DNA from: Candidatus Sungiibacteriota bacterium
GTDB lineage: Bacteria; Patescibacteriota; Minisyncoccia; Sungbacterales; HO2-52-23
NCBI GenBank assembly: GCA_016186095.1
Contig: JACPMG010000011.1
Span: 1 to 52,983, forward strand
DNA length: 52,983 bases
Reading direction: 5' to 3'
The notes under the pieces: model-generated
The model's database searches: none
What the model was told of the DNA's origin: nothing
Seen by the model: only the letters and a program-made list of their open reading frames with translations
Part shown: positions 1 to 8,427 of the stretch, in pieces
How positions within the stretch are numbered: the first letter of the stretch is position 1
Layout: the number at the start of each line of letters is the position of its first letter
Made by a program: the position numbers and the translations under genes

Positions 1-90
1 CTCGGCGAGCATCTGGACTTGCGTGGTCTTCCCGGATCCCTCGATTCCTTCAAATACGATAAACTTTCCTGAATATTTGTTTGGTTTCAT
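1..90 (-). CDS. tmk: Thymidylate kinase, N-terminal part (runs off the window edge)
   Basis: Manual translation from ATG at 90 gives MKPNKYSGKFIVFEGIEGSGKTTQVQMLAE, the dTMP kinase P-loop (FIVFEGxxGSGKTTQ). Not in the ORF track. Confidence 0.9.
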   Translation of the reverse strand, partial: MKPNKYSGKFIVFEGIEGSGKTTQVQMLAE

Positions 91-165
91 CGATTGCTAT
101 TTATGACGATAAGTTTACCTCTGGACCTAATCATGCTAAATTCAGCATAGAGAATAATTTTAAAT

Positions 166-744
166 ATGGCAAAAAAAGAACCTATAGTTATAGCCGTGGT
201 GGGCTTTACCGGTTCCGGGAAAAGCGAGGCTACTGCCCGTTTCGTTGCGCGCGGATTTACGCGTTTTGCTTATAGCGACGCGATTTATGAAGAAATGCAG
301 CGTCTTGGCTATGATATCAGTATACACGACGAAGCAGTTCAGCAGAGAGTTCGTGAGGGGCTACGAAAAGAATTTGGCATGGGGGTGGCGGCTGATCGTA
401 TTATGCCGCGAGTTGAGGCTGCGGTTGAGAAGGGAGAAAATGTGGTAATTGAGAGCTTATATAGTTGGTCGGAGTATAAAAAAACCAAGGAACGTTTTGG
501 AAAACAATTTAGTGTTTTGGCGGTTTATGCGCCCCCGCGTCTTCGTTACGAAAGATTAAAAAGTCGTCCTGCTCGGCCGATTTCAGAAGATTCAGCGCGC
601 TCCAGAGATTATACCGAAATTGAGAATATAGAAAAAGCCGGCCCGATTGCCATGGCCGACTGGACGATAAAAAATCTCGGCGCCAAAGATGAGTTTCTCT
701 CCGAGGTTGACGCGCTGATTGATAAAATTCTTCAGGAAAATTAA
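166..744 (+). CDS. P-loop nucleotide kinase, dephospho-CoA kinase-like / UPF0200 family
   Basis: GFTGSGKS Walker A; RYERLKSR lid-like segment; RDYTEIE and GPIAMAD segments typical of this family. Confidence 0.7.
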   Translation: MAKKEPIVIAVVGFTGSGKSEATARFVARGFTRFAYSDAIYEEMQRLGYDISIHDEAVQQRVREGLRKEFGMGVAADRIMPRVEAAVEKGENVVIESLYSWSEYKKTKERFGKQFSVLAVYAPPRLRYERLKSRPARPISEDSARSRDYTEIENIEKAGPIAMADWTIKNLGAKDEFLSEVDALIDKILQEN

Positions 745-769
745 TACGGCTGGTTTCCCAACCGCATTA

Positions 770-1099
770 TTACTGGTTTATTGGAGAAATATCTGTCTCT
801 TCGATTATCCTTTCGTAACCGTTTGTGAAGATATTTGTTCGCGGGTCGAACATTAGCTCGCCAGACCAAATTTTTACCCACTCCTCGTCGCTAGTCCGGA
901 TCTCTACAGATTGGAAAAGAACGTACGGCCTCATTTTTGCAAGTTCCGCCATGGGCGGCACCTCACAGCGCGAATGGTAGTTGAAAAAAACCGAAGGAGG
1001 ATATGGACCTTCACAGCCGATAACTATTTTTCTTCCCACTGATGTCTCGTCCCACGTCTCACTACACCCATCGCAGGTGGTAACTGTTGTGGTCGCCAT
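770..1099 (-). CDS. Hypothetical protein with possible Zn site (CDGC...HSRC)
   Basis: 109-aa ORF with GAGGAG SD upstream of the ATG; CxxC...HxxC pattern. Confidence 0.55.
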   Translation of the reverse strand: MATTTVTTCDGCSETWDETSVGRKIVIGCEGPYPPSVFFNYHSRCEVPPMAELAKMRPYVLFQSVEIRTSDEEWVKIWSGELMFDPRTNIFTNGYERIIEETDISPINQ

Positions 1100-1237
1100 A
1101 AGTTCTCCTCAAAAAAGTTCAGGTACTGTACACAGGCAACCAGTTTTTGAGCAAGTTGTCAACGAAATTCCCGGCCGGTTGACCGGCATGGGCATGGGCT
1201 TGATAATTAACTTAGTACCGAGCACAGGGGGCGAGAA

Positions 1238-1468
1238 ATGAAAAGATTTCACAAGGGGCAGCCGGTTTTGAGGAGAATTGTCGGCGTGTGCGGTACGATA
1301 GCGAGCGAAGAAACGAAAGTATCGCGAGCCGATCGCCGAAGAGTGTGGATAAAGAATAGAAGAGGAGAAAAGTCCGTAGGCCCGTTTAGCCAGAGAACCG
1401 GAAAGGACTTGAGAGAAGATCTTATGCCGGGAATTCGCCAAAGCATCAGTCCTCTTCCTCCAAAATAA
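1238..1468 (+). CDS. Small basic hypothetical protein
   Basis: 76-aa ORF, G-rich SD-like sequence upstream, ends before the hairpin shared with rplK. Confidence 0.45.
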   Translation: MKRFHKGQPVLRRIVGVCGTIASEETKVSRADRRRVWIKNRRGEKSVGPFSQRTGKDLREDLMPGIRQSISPLPPK

Positions 1469-1504
1469 AGTAGTTTTCAACCGCTCGGTCCTTCCGGCGG
1501 CTTG

Positions 1505-1541
1505 CCCCGCTATATCGCCAAGCGATATGCGCGGGGTTTTT
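1505..1541. terminator. Hairpin between convergent genes, probable terminator
   Basis: ccccgc-tatatcgc...gcgatat-gcgcgggg followed by a T tract at the rplK stop. Confidence 0.5.
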
Positions 1542-1962
1542 ATTTCACCTCAATTCCCATTGATCGAGCCGTGCCCTCGATAATCTTCTCCGCAGCTTCA
1601 AGCGATTCTGCATTTAAATCCTCCAGTTTGCGTTCGGCAATTTTTCTGATGTCTGCTTTTGTAACTTTGCCCACCTTTTTCTTATTCGGTTCACCCGACC
1701 CTTTTTCCACAGATGCTGCTTTTCGCAGCATGTCTGATGCGGGGGGAGTTTTTAACTTAAAATCAAAACTCCGGTCCTCATAAACCGTAATCTCCACCGG
1801 CACGATTTCGCCCTGCATCTGGCCGGTAGCATCGTTATATTTCTTCACAAAATCCCCAATATTTACGCCATGCGGCCCGAGAGCCGTGCCTACGGGCGGC
1901 GCGGGGGTGGCTTTGCCCGCGGGGATTTGTAGTTTGATGATTGTTTTTATCGCTTTGGCCAT
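1540..1962 (-). CDS. rplK: 50S ribosomal protein L11
   Basis: [26 protein letters not shown] and GTARSMG signatures. Confidence 0.98.
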   Translation of the reverse strand: MAKAIKTIIKLQIPAGKATPAPPVGTALGPHGVNIGDFVKKYNDATGQMQGEIVPVEITVYEDRSFDFKLKTPPASDMLRKAASVEKGSGEPNKKKVGKVTKADIRKIAERKLEDLNAESLEAAEKIIEGTARSMGIEVK

Positions 1963-1966
1963 ATGT

Positions 1967-2033
1967 TACACACTAATCCACTTATTTTTACACTAATCCG
2001 CGAATCACGAATATATATTGGTGGATTTGTGTA
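1967..2033. repeat. Degenerate short-repeat/palindromic element between nusG and rplK
   Basis: tacacactaatcc...tacactaatcc, then inverted ggatttgtgta. Confidence 0.5.
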
Positions 2034-2037
2034 CAGA

Positions 2038-2583
2038 TTATAGTTTCTTTATCTGCAGCGAATCAAGTTCTACGGGCGTGTCGCGGCCGAATACATTGAC
2101 CAGTACTTTCAGTTTTCCCCGCTCCTGATCAACCTCCGAAACTTTGCCGTCAAAATCCTTGAACGGGCCGTCGGTGATTTTTACCGGATCCCCGACCGAA
2201 ACCTCGATTCTAAACTTTGGCTCTTCCTGCTCCGTGCGTTTCAGAAGCACGTCCATCTCCTCCTGCGAGAGCGGAGCCGGAGTGGTGCCGGCGCCGACAA
2301 ATCCGGTTACGCGCGGGGTGTTGCGCACCACATACCAGGAGTCATCCGTCACCACCATCTCTACCAAAACATACCCCGGATAAATTTTTTCTTCCGTTAC
2401 GCGGCGCTTGCCATTTTTAATTTTTATTTTTTTCTCAACCGGAACTAGGACATTGAAAATTTTGTCCTCCATGCCCATGGATTCAATTCTCTGCTTGAGG
2501 TTTCGCGCCACCGCGTCCTCGTAGCCGGAATAGGTATGCACCGCATACCAGTTTCTTCCGAATTCACTAGTTTGTTTAGGCAT
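2038..2583 (-). CDS. nusG: Transcription termination/antitermination factor NusG
   Basis: WYAVHTYSGYE, PGYVLVEM, TPRVTGFVG and KOW motif GPFKDF..G. Confidence 0.98.
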   Translation of the reverse strand: MPKQTSEFGRNWYAVHTYSGYEDAVARNLKQRIESMGMEDKIFNVLVPVEKKIKIKNGKRRVTEEKIYPGYVLVEMVVTDDSWYVVRNTPRVTGFVGAGTTPAPLSQEEMDVLLKRTEQEEPKFRIEVSVGDPVKITDGPFKDFDGKVSEVDQERGKLKVLVNVFGRDTPVELDSLQIKKL

Positions 2584-2605
2584 ATTTATCTCGCATCACC
2601 TTAAT

Positions 2606-3022
2606 TTAGGCGCTTCTGCGATAGTGTTTTCGTACATCGTGCTGGCCGCGCGATTCTCGGGCCTTCTTCCGCGCCAGCCTAAGATTCTGATCAACCAAAT
2701 AGCGCACTCTTTCAAAAATTTCTTCTCTGTCTTTTAGATATCCGCGTTCTTTTTCGCGTAAAACATCAGCAGATATTTCTTGTTGGACGGGCCAATCAAG
2801 TTTTCTCAAGTCTTCAACTAATTTCTGGAAGCGGGTGTCTTCTTCTCCGTTTCCCTCGCGCTCGACTCCCAAGTCCGTGAACCAGTTCGGAATATTTTCT
2901 GGCGCGAGAAAATCGCGGCGATGAGCGCCCTTTTTCTCTTTGGTCCGGCGCTCCTCATCTGAAATTTCCTCCGGTCCGGGAAGGCCGCCTTCGCGTATTC
3001 CAAATTCTCCTTTGTAGGCCAT
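2606..3022 (-). CDS. Charged hypothetical protein between secE and nusG
   Basis: 138-aa ORF packed tightly between secE (2-nt gap) and nusG. Confidence 0.7.
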   Translation of the reverse strand: MAYKGEFGIREGGLPGPEEISDEERRTKEKKGAHRRDFLAPENIPNWFTDLGVEREGNGEEDTRFQKLVEDLRKLDWPVQQEISADVLREKERGYLKDREEIFERVRYLVDQNLRLARKKARESRGQHDVRKHYRRSA

Positions 3023-3024
3023 AT

Positions 3025-3210
3025 TTATAAAATGAAGTTATTAAGTATGAATTGAAATATAAAATCCAATCCCCCCAAAAACAAAGCCACCGCGACACTA
3101 AGCACAATAACCGTCATTGTATAACGGATGGTTTCTTCGCGGGTCGGCCAAGTGACTTTTTTGAGTTCGATCCTTGATTCTTTGAGAAAAGTAGTTATGC
3201 GGTCTAGCAT
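3025..3210 (-). CDS. secE: Preprotein translocase subunit SecE
   Basis: ELKKVTWPTREE motif followed by one TM helix; upstream of nusG. Confidence 0.96.
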   Translation of the reverse strand: MLDRITTFLKESRIELKKVTWPTREETIRYTMTVIVLSVAVALFLGGLDFIFQFILNNFIL

Positions 3211-3395
3211 TGATTTTTGGCTAAATCCTGCTTTGCAGGAGCGCCCTTATACGGCCGAGCCGTCAGGCCTTATGGCCGAACATTTTGCATAAAATGTTTT
3301 AGGGCTTTTTTAAAAGGCCCGCAGGCCTTCTTTTATCACATTTTCTATGTTACGCTGACACGAGAACCATGTCAAGTAATAGTTAGGAGCGCCAG

Positions 3396-3722
3396 ATGGC
3401 ACGATGGCGGGCCTGGCTTGCCGGCCTTCATAGGGCAACCGACCTTTTCCTTCGTGAAATTATGGAAAATGCCGGCCATGAAATCAAACGTTTGGAATCA
3501 TCCATGGCCGCGGTTGAGTGCGATTTTTGCCGGGATTTGTCAGAGAAAAGCGTTCTTGCCGAATTCGATATCTGCGGGACAAACGTAAACGGGAAATTAC
3601 TTAGAGTTCATTCCTGCCCGACGCACAAGGAAGCGGTGACGTCTGGAGAAAACTGGTTCGTCAATAATCTTCGAACTACGCGCGGCATGAGTGCATGGAA
3701 AATAGTACCGCGACCTGGATAA
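3396..3722 (+). CDS. Hypothetical protein with possible Zn site (CDFC...CPTH)
   Basis: AGGAG SD upstream; ORF abuts the gyrB stop; CxxC...CxxH pattern. Confidence 0.55.
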   Translation: MARWRAWLAGLHRATDLFLREIMENAGHEIKRLESSMAAVECDFCRDLSEKSVLAEFDICGTNVNGKLLRVHSCPTHKEAVTSGENWFVNNLRTTRGMSAWKIVPRPG

Positions 3723-5822
3723 CTAAATATCCAGGTTTTTTACTGCCTTGGCGTGGGTCTGAATAAATTTTTTACGCGGTGGGACCTCATCCCCCATTAG
3801 GATGTCAAAAATACGATCGGCTTCGGCGCCGTCCTGAACGGCGACGCGCTTCATCATACGCGTTTGGGGGTTCATGGTCGTGTCCCACAATTCCGCAGCA
3901 TTCATCTCTCCTAGGCCTTTGTAGCGCTGGATTTCAGCGCCTTTTATTTCGCCCGTCTCTGTCGATTCCGCGCCCTTGGCCACCGCTTTCTGCTTTTTCG
4001 CTTCTATTTTTTGTTTTTTAAATTCTGCCACGACTTTGTCACGTTCGTTGTCAGAATAGGCGTAACGGGCGGTTTTCCCTGATTGGACCCGATAAAGCGG
4101 CGGCTGGGCAATATACAGATACCCCCGATTTATTACGGTGGGGAAATAACGGTAAAAAAGTGTTAAGAGCAGTGTGCGAATATGCGCGCCGTCAACGTCG
4201 GCATCGGTCATAATCACTATGCGATGGTAGCGGAGGCGCGATTCGTCAAATTCGTCTCCAATGGCCGCCCCCAAGGCGATGATCAGGGATTTTATCTCTT
4301 TGGACGTGAGCATTTTATCGAGCCGAGCTTTTTCCACGTTCAAAATTTTTCCGCGAAGCGGCAAGATAGCTTGGAATTTGCGGTCGCGGCCTTGTTTGCT
4401 TGAGCCTCCGGCGCTATCCCCCTCCACCAAAAATAATTCCGACTCTTCCGGATTTTTTGACTGGCAGTCGGCAAGTTTGCCGGGAAGCATGAGGCCCTCA
4501 AAAGCGCCCTTGCGAAGCACTGTGTCGCGGGCCGCTTTGGCGGCCTTGCGGGCCTTCTGCGCCAGGAGCGCTTTTCCTATAATTTCTTGCGCGTCGCGCG
4601 GATATTTTTCCAGCCATTCTTTGACGGATTCTCCAACGACTGCCTCCACCGCAGTCCGCGCCTCCGGATTGCCGAGCTTGGCCTTGGTTTGCCCCTCAAA
4701 TTGCGGCTCGCGCAGTTTTACGGAAATTATGGCCGTAATTCCTTCCCGTACGTCATCCCCGGTAAGCGTCTCATCGTCTTTTTTGAAATAATCGTTCTTT
4801 TTTGCATAGTCATTGAGCGCTCGCGTGAGTGCCGTGCGAAACCCGGTCAGATGCATGCCGCCTTCGCCAGTATGGATGTTATTGGCGAAAGATATTTCTT
4901 TGCCTTGCAGATCGTCGGTGTATTGAAATGCGGCTTCCACGAGGATTTTTCTTGAATCCACGGGTGCTTCTTTGGAGATATAAAAAATATTTTCGTGTTT
5001 CGATGTTTCGTTCCGGTTGAGATATTTGATGTAGGAGATAATGCCGCCCTCGAAATAAAAGGAATGGGAATTACGAAGTATGGTCCCGTCTTTGGCTTTG
5101 CTGCCATCACGCTCGTCAAGAATCGCGATTTTTACTCCCTTGGTAAGGTAGGCCTGTTGCCGCAGATGATCAAGGATCCGCGCCCAGTCAAAGGCAATTT
5201 TTTCTCCGCCAGAGGCGGATCCGCCTTGGGCGGAAAAAACTTCCGCGTCCGGCTCGAAAGTAACTGCGGTTCCCGTCCCTCTGCATTTCCCCGTTTTTTT
5301 GACGGCATATTTTGGTTTCCCCCGCGCATATTCTTGAGCATATTGAGCTCCCTCGCGGCAGACCTCCGCTTTCATCCAACTCGATAGTGCATTGACTACG
5401 GAGACGCCTACGCCATGAAGCCCGCCGGATACCTTATATGATTCGCCTCCGAATTTAGCGCCGGCATGGAGCGTGGTCATTACGGTTTCCAGCGCTGATT
5501 TTCTAGTTTGCTTGTGGATCTCAACAGGAATTCCGCGGCCATCGTCTATCACCATGACGCGATTTTGCGGAAGCAGGGTTATCGCAATATTTTTTGCGTA
5601 CCCGGCCATGGCCTCATCAAGGGAATTATCAACAACCTCCCAAATTAAATGATGCAGGCCGTCTACGCCCGTTGATCCGATATACATTCCGGGGCGCTTG
5701 CGCACCGGCTCCAGGCCCTCGAGAACATAAATATCCTTGGCGGTGTAGCCGTTGGATGCGGAAGTTTTCTTTTCCCTACGCGCCTGTTTTTTGTGGACAG
5801 TTTTACGAGGTTTTTTTGTCAT
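3723..5822 (-). CDS. gyrB: DNA gyrase subunit B
   Basis: LEGLEPVRKRPGMYIG, EVVDNS, GGLHGVG, TOPRIM EGDSAGG / PLRGKILN / TDADVDG, QRYKGLGEM. Start placed at ATG 5822 rather than TTG 5849. Confidence 0.97.
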   Translation of the reverse strand: MTKKPRKTVHKKQARREKKTSASNGYTAKDIYVLEGLEPVRKRPGMYIGSTGVDGLHHLIWEVVDNSLDEAMAGYAKNIAITLLPQNRVMVIDDGRGIPVEIHKQTRKSALETVMTTLHAGAKFGGESYKVSGGLHGVGVSVVNALSSWMKAEVCREGAQYAQEYARGKPKYAVKKTGKCRGTGTAVTFEPDAEVFSAQGGSASGGEKIAFDWARILDHLRQQAYLTKGVKIAILDERDGSKAKDGTILRNSHSFYFEGGIISYIKYLNRNETSKHENIFYISKEAPVDSRKILVEAAFQYTDDLQGKEISFANNIHTGEGGMHLTGFRTALTRALNDYAKKNDYFKKDDETLTGDDVREGITAIISVKLREPQFEGQTKAKLGNPEARTAVEAVVGESVKEWLEKYPRDAQEIIGKALLAQKARKAAKAARDTVLRKGAFEGLMLPGKLADCQSKNPEESELFLVEGDSAGGSSKQGRDRKFQAILPLRGKILNVEKARLDKMLTSKEIKSLIIALGAAIGDEFDESRLRYHRIVIMTDADVDGAHIRTLLLTLFYRYFPTVINRGYLYIAQPPLYRVQSGKTARYAYSDNERDKVVAEFKKQKIEAKKQKAVAKGAESTETGEIKGAEIQRYKGLGEMNAAELWDTTMNPQTRMMKRVAVQDGAEADRIFDILMGDEVPPRKKFIQTHAKAVKNLDI
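5205..5234. repeat. 30-bp palindromic insert in frame within gyrB (SAQGGSASGG)
   Basis: tccgccagaggcggatccgccttgggcgga, a near-perfect palindrome centred on GGATCC. Confidence 0.75.
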
Positions 5823-5835
5823 TTTAAAGCAATGA

Positions 5836-5876
5836 AATATCCGCCCCAATTTGTGGATAACTTTTAGGCGGATATT
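5836..5876. promoter_or_regulatory. Hairpin upstream of gyrB with a consensus DnaA box in its loop
   Basis: Arms aatatccgcc / ggcggatatt; TGTGGATAA at 5852-5860 (TTATCCACA on the minus strand). Confidence 0.5.
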
Positions 5877-5951
5877 GCCGTAGATAGACCGCTTTTTAAA
5901 TCAAGGAGTACAGGGTAATTATAGCAGATTTTAGGTATCGTTTCAACTCCT

Positions 5952-8009
5952 CTATTTCCTCAATTCCCACCCTTTTTGCTCAAGGGCTTTGGTGATTTTT
6001 TCCACGAGTTTATTTATTTCTTCGTCCTTGAGTGTCCGGTCGGGCGATTGAAAGATAAGATGAAACGCCAAGCTTTTTTCTTCGGCGTCGCGCATATCTT
6101 CGTCCTGAAAATAGTCGAAAAGATCGGTATCTGCGAGGAGTTTTCCGCCTGTATTTTCTATAATATCGAGCACATGTTCAACTCTTGTGTCTGCGGGCAC
6201 GACTACTGCCAGATCGCGTATAATAGCCGGATATTTGCCAACTGGCCTGTATTCGGATTCGGTGGTTGCCGCGCGCCACAATTTTCCAAAATCAATTTCC
6301 GCGGCCACGATCCGCGCCTTTGCTTTTATATTTTCTATTATCACCGGATGGACTTCGCCTATATTCCCTATTTTTTCATCCCCAATTTTTATTTCAGCAA
6401 ATCGGTACGGATGGAACAATGTTTGCGATTTGCGATTTGCGTTTTGCGATTTTCTGCTTGGCGCGTCATCATACCAATGATCGCTAATTCCCATTTTTTC
6501 TAGAAGCTCGTCAACCGCCCCCTTTAGCCGATAAAATTCTTCTTCGCCCGATGTATTTTTTTGGGCAAGGACGATAACGAGGTCTTTGTGCTCGTTTATT
6601 TTCGGACCTTGGAAACTTTTACCGATTCCGAAGATCTTAACGCTATCGAAATAACGCGAATTTTCCGCGGCCGAGGCGACATATTTGATCAAAATTCTGG
6701 GAATAAGGTATTTTGTCTCTGGATTCATTGGATTTTCCAGCGAAATTGTTCGGCTAGCATCCATGCTAAACTTTTTCAGTTCCTCATCCCCGGTAAATTC
6801 GTAAAGCCAGCTCTCCGTAAATCCGGCGCCGGCAAGAAAATCCTTAATGCGCTCTTCCCACCAGACCTCGTCATTGCGGCGCGCCGGATGTATGGCAACC
6901 TCCGGTAAACGAGCGGTAATTTTCTCATAGCCGAACATACGCGCCGCCTCCTCCACAAGGTCCTCCTCAATTTGCAGATCGCGCCTGATCGTAGGAATTT
7001 CCACGACAAAATTTTCTCCGTCTTTTTCAACCCCCAGTCCGAGCCGTTCAAATACGGTTTTGTAAAAAATCGGGGCAAGCTCCTGGCCAATAACGCTATT
7101 GGCGTATGCGGGGCGGAAAAGTATATGAGCGGGAGCGACCTTTTCAGGATAAATATCTATTAGCGGCCCCATACGTTTGCCGCCGTATTTTTCTAGAAGC
7201 TCCATCGCTCGGGCAAGTCCGGTAAGCGTCCGATTTGGATCCAGGCCTGCGGCATAAAGTTTTGAGGCCGCAGAGAAGAAGTTTAGCGCGCGGGAAGTTT
7301 TATATATTCGCACGGGGTCAAACGTTGCAGCCTGCAGAAGTATTTTTTTGGTGTTTTTGGACACGGCGGAATTTTCTCCGCCCATGATGCCGGCCAGATC
7401 AACTATGCGGTTGGCGTCCTCGATGACGATAGCTCCCTTCGGCAGAACGTGTTTCGTGCCATCAAGCGTGGTTAGCTCTTCTCCTCGACCTGATTCTCTT
7501 ATAATAAGTTTGCCCCCCGGAATTTTATCAAGATCGAAGGCGTGAAGAGGCTGTCCTGTTTCCAACATCACGTAATTAGTAATATCTACCACTGCGTCAA
7601 TTGGCCGAAGTCCGCAGGTAGTAAGCCGTTCCCGCATCCATTTCGGCGATGAGCCGATCTTTTTTATTTCTAAAATCTGCGCGGTATATCGCGGGCACAA
7701 TTCGGTTTTGGAAATTTTGATTTTTAGGTTTTGGTGCGCCCGGGCTTTAGATTCTGAAAGTTGTTCTGGATTTTGTAACTCGGACTTAGAACTTTTCTGG
7801 AGAATCGCAGCTATTTCTTTGGCCATTCCCCAGTGGTGTCCCGCATCAGAGAGGCGGTTGGCGGGAATTTTTGCATCAAGCGCGAAATCTCTTTCGACCT
7901 TCTCGACAGTTTCAACCTCAAAGGAGCGGATATTCAAAATCTCAGCCAGTTTTTGCGGCGATTCCTTAAGATTTATTAATTTTTTGAGCCAATTATATGA
8001 GAATTTCAT
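5952..8009 (-). CDS. pheT: Phenylalanine--tRNA ligase beta subunit, short form lacking the B2 OB-fold
   Basis: MKFSYNWL, VDITNYVMLETGQPLHAFD, LAGIMGG, RRDL..EEDLVEE, C-terminal FDX-ACB (RDLAVV, KSLAF). Confidence 0.95.
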   Translation of the reverse strand: MKFSYNWLKKLINLKESPQKLAEILNIRSFEVETVEKVERDFALDAKIPANRLSDAGHHWGMAKEIAAILQKSSKSELQNPEQLSESKARAHQNLKIKISKTELCPRYTAQILEIKKIGSSPKWMRERLTTCGLRPIDAVVDITNYVMLETGQPLHAFDLDKIPGGKLIIRESGRGEELTTLDGTKHVLPKGAIVIEDANRIVDLAGIMGGENSAVSKNTKKILLQAATFDPVRIYKTSRALNFFSAASKLYAAGLDPNRTLTGLARAMELLEKYGGKRMGPLIDIYPEKVAPAHILFRPAYANSVIGQELAPIFYKTVFERLGLGVEKDGENFVVEIPTIRRDLQIEEDLVEEAARMFGYEKITARLPEVAIHPARRNDEVWWEERIKDFLAGAGFTESWLYEFTGDEELKKFSMDASRTISLENPMNPETKYLIPRILIKYVASAAENSRYFDSVKIFGIGKSFQGPKINEHKDLVIVLAQKNTSGEEEFYRLKGAVDELLEKMGISDHWYDDAPSRKSQNANRKSQTLFHPYRFAEIKIGDEKIGNIGEVHPVIIENIKAKARIVAAEIDFGKLWRAATTESEYRPVGKYPAIIRDLAVVVPADTRVEHVLDIIENTGGKLLADTDLFDYFQDEDMRDAEEKSLAFHLIFQSPDRTLKDEEINKLVEKITKALEQKGWELRK

Positions 8010-8425
8010 TATTTCTGCGGAAACATCTTTTTTCTATGTTCTTCAGAAGACCTCTTGTTTAAGTAGCTGGCTTTATTGCCCAACATGGCCTGAAAGGCTC
8101 CCAAGCTCTTTTGTACATTCGGAGGAAATAGGTGAAGTTCTTGGTTGAGTCTAGTGTTAAAGCCCAAGAGGTCTTCTCGGGTGGCGGTTTCCGCCTCAAT
8201 TTTTTCCCAAATATCTATGGCCGGCTCATATTCTGCCACGTGATCCGGGTTGATATCTATCAGGTCGTGATCATACGCACTAGGGTTTTCTGTGCCTGTC
8301 GGCGGACTTCCCTGTAATTCCCACAGGCGTTTCGCCTCTTTTGCCCCTCTTACTTTTTCCCAAAATTTGTTTCTAAATTTTTCTTTTCTCCCGTTTTCGG
8401 GAGCAGATTCTTTTTGTTCGGGCAT
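8009..8425 (-). CDS. Charged hypothetical protein between pheS and pheT
   Basis: 138-aa ORF; its stop overlaps the pheT ATG (TAATG) and it starts 2 nt after the pheS stop. Confidence 0.75.
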   Translation of the reverse strand: MPEQKESAPENGRKEKFRNKFWEKVRGAKEAKRLWELQGSPPTGTENPSAYDHDLIDINPDHVAEYEPAIDIWEKIEAETATREDLLGFNTRLNQELHLFPPNVQKSLGAFQAMLGNKASYLNKRSSEEHRKKMFPQK

Positions 8426-8427
8426 TT

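Noticed and set aside
3217..3330. Several small hairpins upstream of secE as a tRNA or riboswitch
   Set aside because: No cloverleaf, T-loop or recognisable aptamer; the stems are short and could be chance.
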